Below, one piece after another: positions 33,010 to 36,392 of a stretch of DNA of 36,392 bases (position 1 is the first letter of the stretch; each line of letters starts with the position of its first letter). This DNA comes from Actinomycetes bacterium. Lineage in GTDB: Bacteria; Actinomycetota; Acidimicrobiia; Spongiisociales; UBA5794. Below the pieces are notes generated by a model that was not told the DNA's origin, did no database searches, and was given only the letters and a program-made list of their open reading frames with translations. Location: the NCBI GenBank assembly GCA_023336875.1, contig JAMBLH010000087.1, positions 1 to 36,392 of the forward strand, written 5' to 3'. Both the position numbers and the translations under genes were made by a program.

Positions 33010-33522
33010 ATCGGCTCTGCCCACTCGACGTTGCGCTCCCATCCGTTGCTGCCCAGGATCACACACGGCACAATGCAGTTGAGAGGTTCAACCATCTCCG
33101 CCACATCTGCTCCAACCGGATTATCATTTCCAGAGACCGTGTCGGCGTATTGGGCGTGGAGGCACTTGACACCACCCCGAGATCCAGCGATGCCCCCGCT
33201 TGGCCGTGGACCCTCCCAGTCGGGCGGAATCAGCGAGTCGCGATGTCGACCGTATCGCTCCATAGCGGTGCCGTACGCTTCGGCGAAGGCCTCATCGGAT
33301 GCGATCAGGCTGTCTGCGTCCTTGACCCCACCATCGGATTCGAGTCGTGATACCCGCAATAGGGCCAGAGGGCATGTGAGCCAATGCGTCGTAGGGAAGG
33401 GAGTCCCATCGTCGAGAATCGGAGGGACATCGATCACCACAGGAATCCCAAGGTGGCAACGCGCTCCGACGACAACTTCTGAGCGAGGGCGACGACCTAG
33501 CTGGAGTGCAACGACCGAACGG

Positions 33523-33545
<23 letters not shown>
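33006..33545 (-). CDS. DUF501 domain protein
   Basis: The pattern CHLGIPVVIDVPPILDDGTPFPTTHWLTCP...GGVKCLHAQYA is typical of DUF501. It occupies the conserved position between ftsB and ppx. The start could be ATG 33545 or 33530. The track start 33617 runs deep into ftsB. Confidence 0.7.
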
Positions 33546-35282
<1,737 letters not shown>

Positions 35283-35321
35283 CTATCCGTTTGTCCTGCG
35301 CTTTGCCGTGCGAGCAGCCTC

Positions 35322-36392
35322 CTAGCCAGACTCGGTCTTGGCTGCTTCCCATGCCCGCTCGAGCTCGGCAGTAGTGGCTTGTGAGATGTCGGAGGAGTTG
35401 CTGGTGAAATGGCTCTCCATCGTTGTGAACCGTCTGATGAACTTGTCCACGGTCGAGCGAAGCGCTACCTCCGGGTCGACTCCGAGATGCCTGGCAAGGT
35501 TGATGGTGGTGAACAACACGTCGCCGAGCTCCCCTGCGACAGCCGCCGCGTCACCGTCGGCCTCCTCGAGTTCAGCGATCTCCTCACGCAGAACAGAGAC
35601 CACTTGCTCCGGCTCATCCCAGTCGAAACCCACGCTCCTCGCCCGCTTCTGGACCTTCATGGATCGTGCGATTCCAGACATCCCCACTGGAATGTCATCC
35701 ATCAGGCTGTCACGCTTCTTCTCCACCTTCTTGATCTGCTCCCAATTGCTCAGGACCTCGTCTGCATCGGCAACAGTGACATCGCCAAACACGTGCGGGT
35801 GCCGATCCACGAGTTTCCTGCGGACCGACTCTGCAACCTCGTCAACGTCGAACGCACCAGCTTCGGCGGCCAATGTGGCGTGGAAGATGACCTGCAGAAG
35901 GAGATCACCCAGTTCTTCCTCAACCTCAGCGTACGCGCCGAAGTCTGGCTCACCAGAGGGAGCGTCCAGCGGGAGTTGGCCGATCGCGTCTGCTGTCTCG
36001 TAGGCCTCTTCGATCAGGTGTGTGAGAAGGGTGTGGTGTGTCTGTTTGCGGTCCCACGGGCATTCACGCCTGAGAACCCTGTTCGTTGCGATCAATCCGA
36101 GAAGCCCTGAATTCGTTGCAGGTACGAACACCGATGTCCTTGGACCTGCCCGATAGCTTGCAAGTTCGCTTGCCTGTAGTTGGGTGACAATTTCGTCGGA
36201 GTCGCCAAGCCGGTCGAGGATCGTGACCTCGGTCGTAGGATCGATGGTGCGAGTGAGGGCAAGAGAAACATCCGAAACTCTCAGGTCGGAATCCACCTGA
36301 GTGATGACCGTCGGTATGTGCAGCGGAAGGGGATCGGGAAGATCGCGGGCATCGAGCACCTGTAGCCCGTCGGCAATCGGGTCAAGGGCCAA
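35322..36392 (-). CDS. mazG: MazG-family nucleoside triphosphate pyrophosphohydrolase, N-terminus beyond window edge
   Basis: It has two MazG repeats (LIEEAYETADAI...ELGDLLLQVIFHA; LREEIAELEEA...ELGDVLFTTINLARHLG). The ORF is open to the right edge, and the leading M in the track is an edge artefact of an internal TTG. Confidence 0.85.
   Translation of the reverse strand: MALDPIADGLQVLDARDLPDPLPLHIPTVITQVDSDLRVSDVSLALTRTIDPTTEVTILDRLGDSDEIVTQLQASELASYRAGPRTSVFVPATNSGLLGLIATNRVLRRECPWDRKQTHHTLLTHLIEEAYETADAIGQLPLDAPSGEPDFGAYAEVEEELGDLLLQVIFHATLAAEAGAFDVDEVAESVRRKLVDRHPHVFGDVTVADADEVLSNWEQIKKVEKKRDSLMDDIPVGMSGIARSMKVQKRARSVGFDWDEPEQVVSVLREEIAELEEADGDAAAVAGELGDVLFTTINLARHLGVDPEVALRSTVDKFIRRFTTMESHFTSNSSDISQATTAELERAWEAAKTESG

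Overview
GC-rich chromosomal segment that looks actinobacterial. This is inferred from an Eis-type acetyltransferase, an F420/LLM-type oxidoreductase, a classical menaquinone pathway, and the mazG-eno-ftsB-DUF501-ppx gene order. Left to right the window contains the following genes.

- Nearly complete gltB on the minus strand. It is absent from the ORF track because it runs off the left edge.
- An Eis-like GNAT, an LLM oxidoreductase and a PNPOx-family protein.
- A heterodimeric ABC exporter pair and a YihY/BrkB membrane protein.
- A PQQ-like beta-propeller lipoprotein translationally coupled to a membrane EEP-like protein.
- An SDR.
- A split menaquinone cluster: menE / menB-menA-menD / menF plus a putative menH. 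No menC is present.
- A CBS+BON protein and a large GNAT + ADP-forming-ACS-like (Pat-type) acetyltransferase.
- An orphan Cys-rich ArsR regulator and a GGDEF-EAL protein.
- Two tandem PLDc_N small membrane proteins, a DUF1918-like mini-gene, an interrupted SnoaL-like gene and an orphan lipoprotein.
- tRNA-Leu(UAA) and an EF-G paralog.
- The conserved ppx-DUF501-ftsB-eno-mazG block.

The ORF track reports maximal ORFs with ATG/GTG/TTG all shown as M. I moved several starts downstream where overlaps, Shine-Dalgarno (SD) sequences or signal peptides argue for it.

I found no CRISPR array, transposase, integrase, phage genes or recognisable defence-system hallmarks, and I cannot point to a clear novel multi-gene system. 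The most hypothesis-generating items are these:

1. The tight pat-CBS/BON-hydrolase-menF string, together with a PX4GK motif in MenE.
2. The orphan, apparently leaderless ArsR with an N-terminal CCxxxCC.
3. The PQQ-propeller plus apparently catalytically degenerate EEP pair.
4. The small-gene patch next to tRNA-Leu(UAA), which includes a gene broken by an in-frame TAG.
5. A perfect CRP-type palindrome upstream of gltB.

All family assignments come from reading the translations by eye. No database search was possible.
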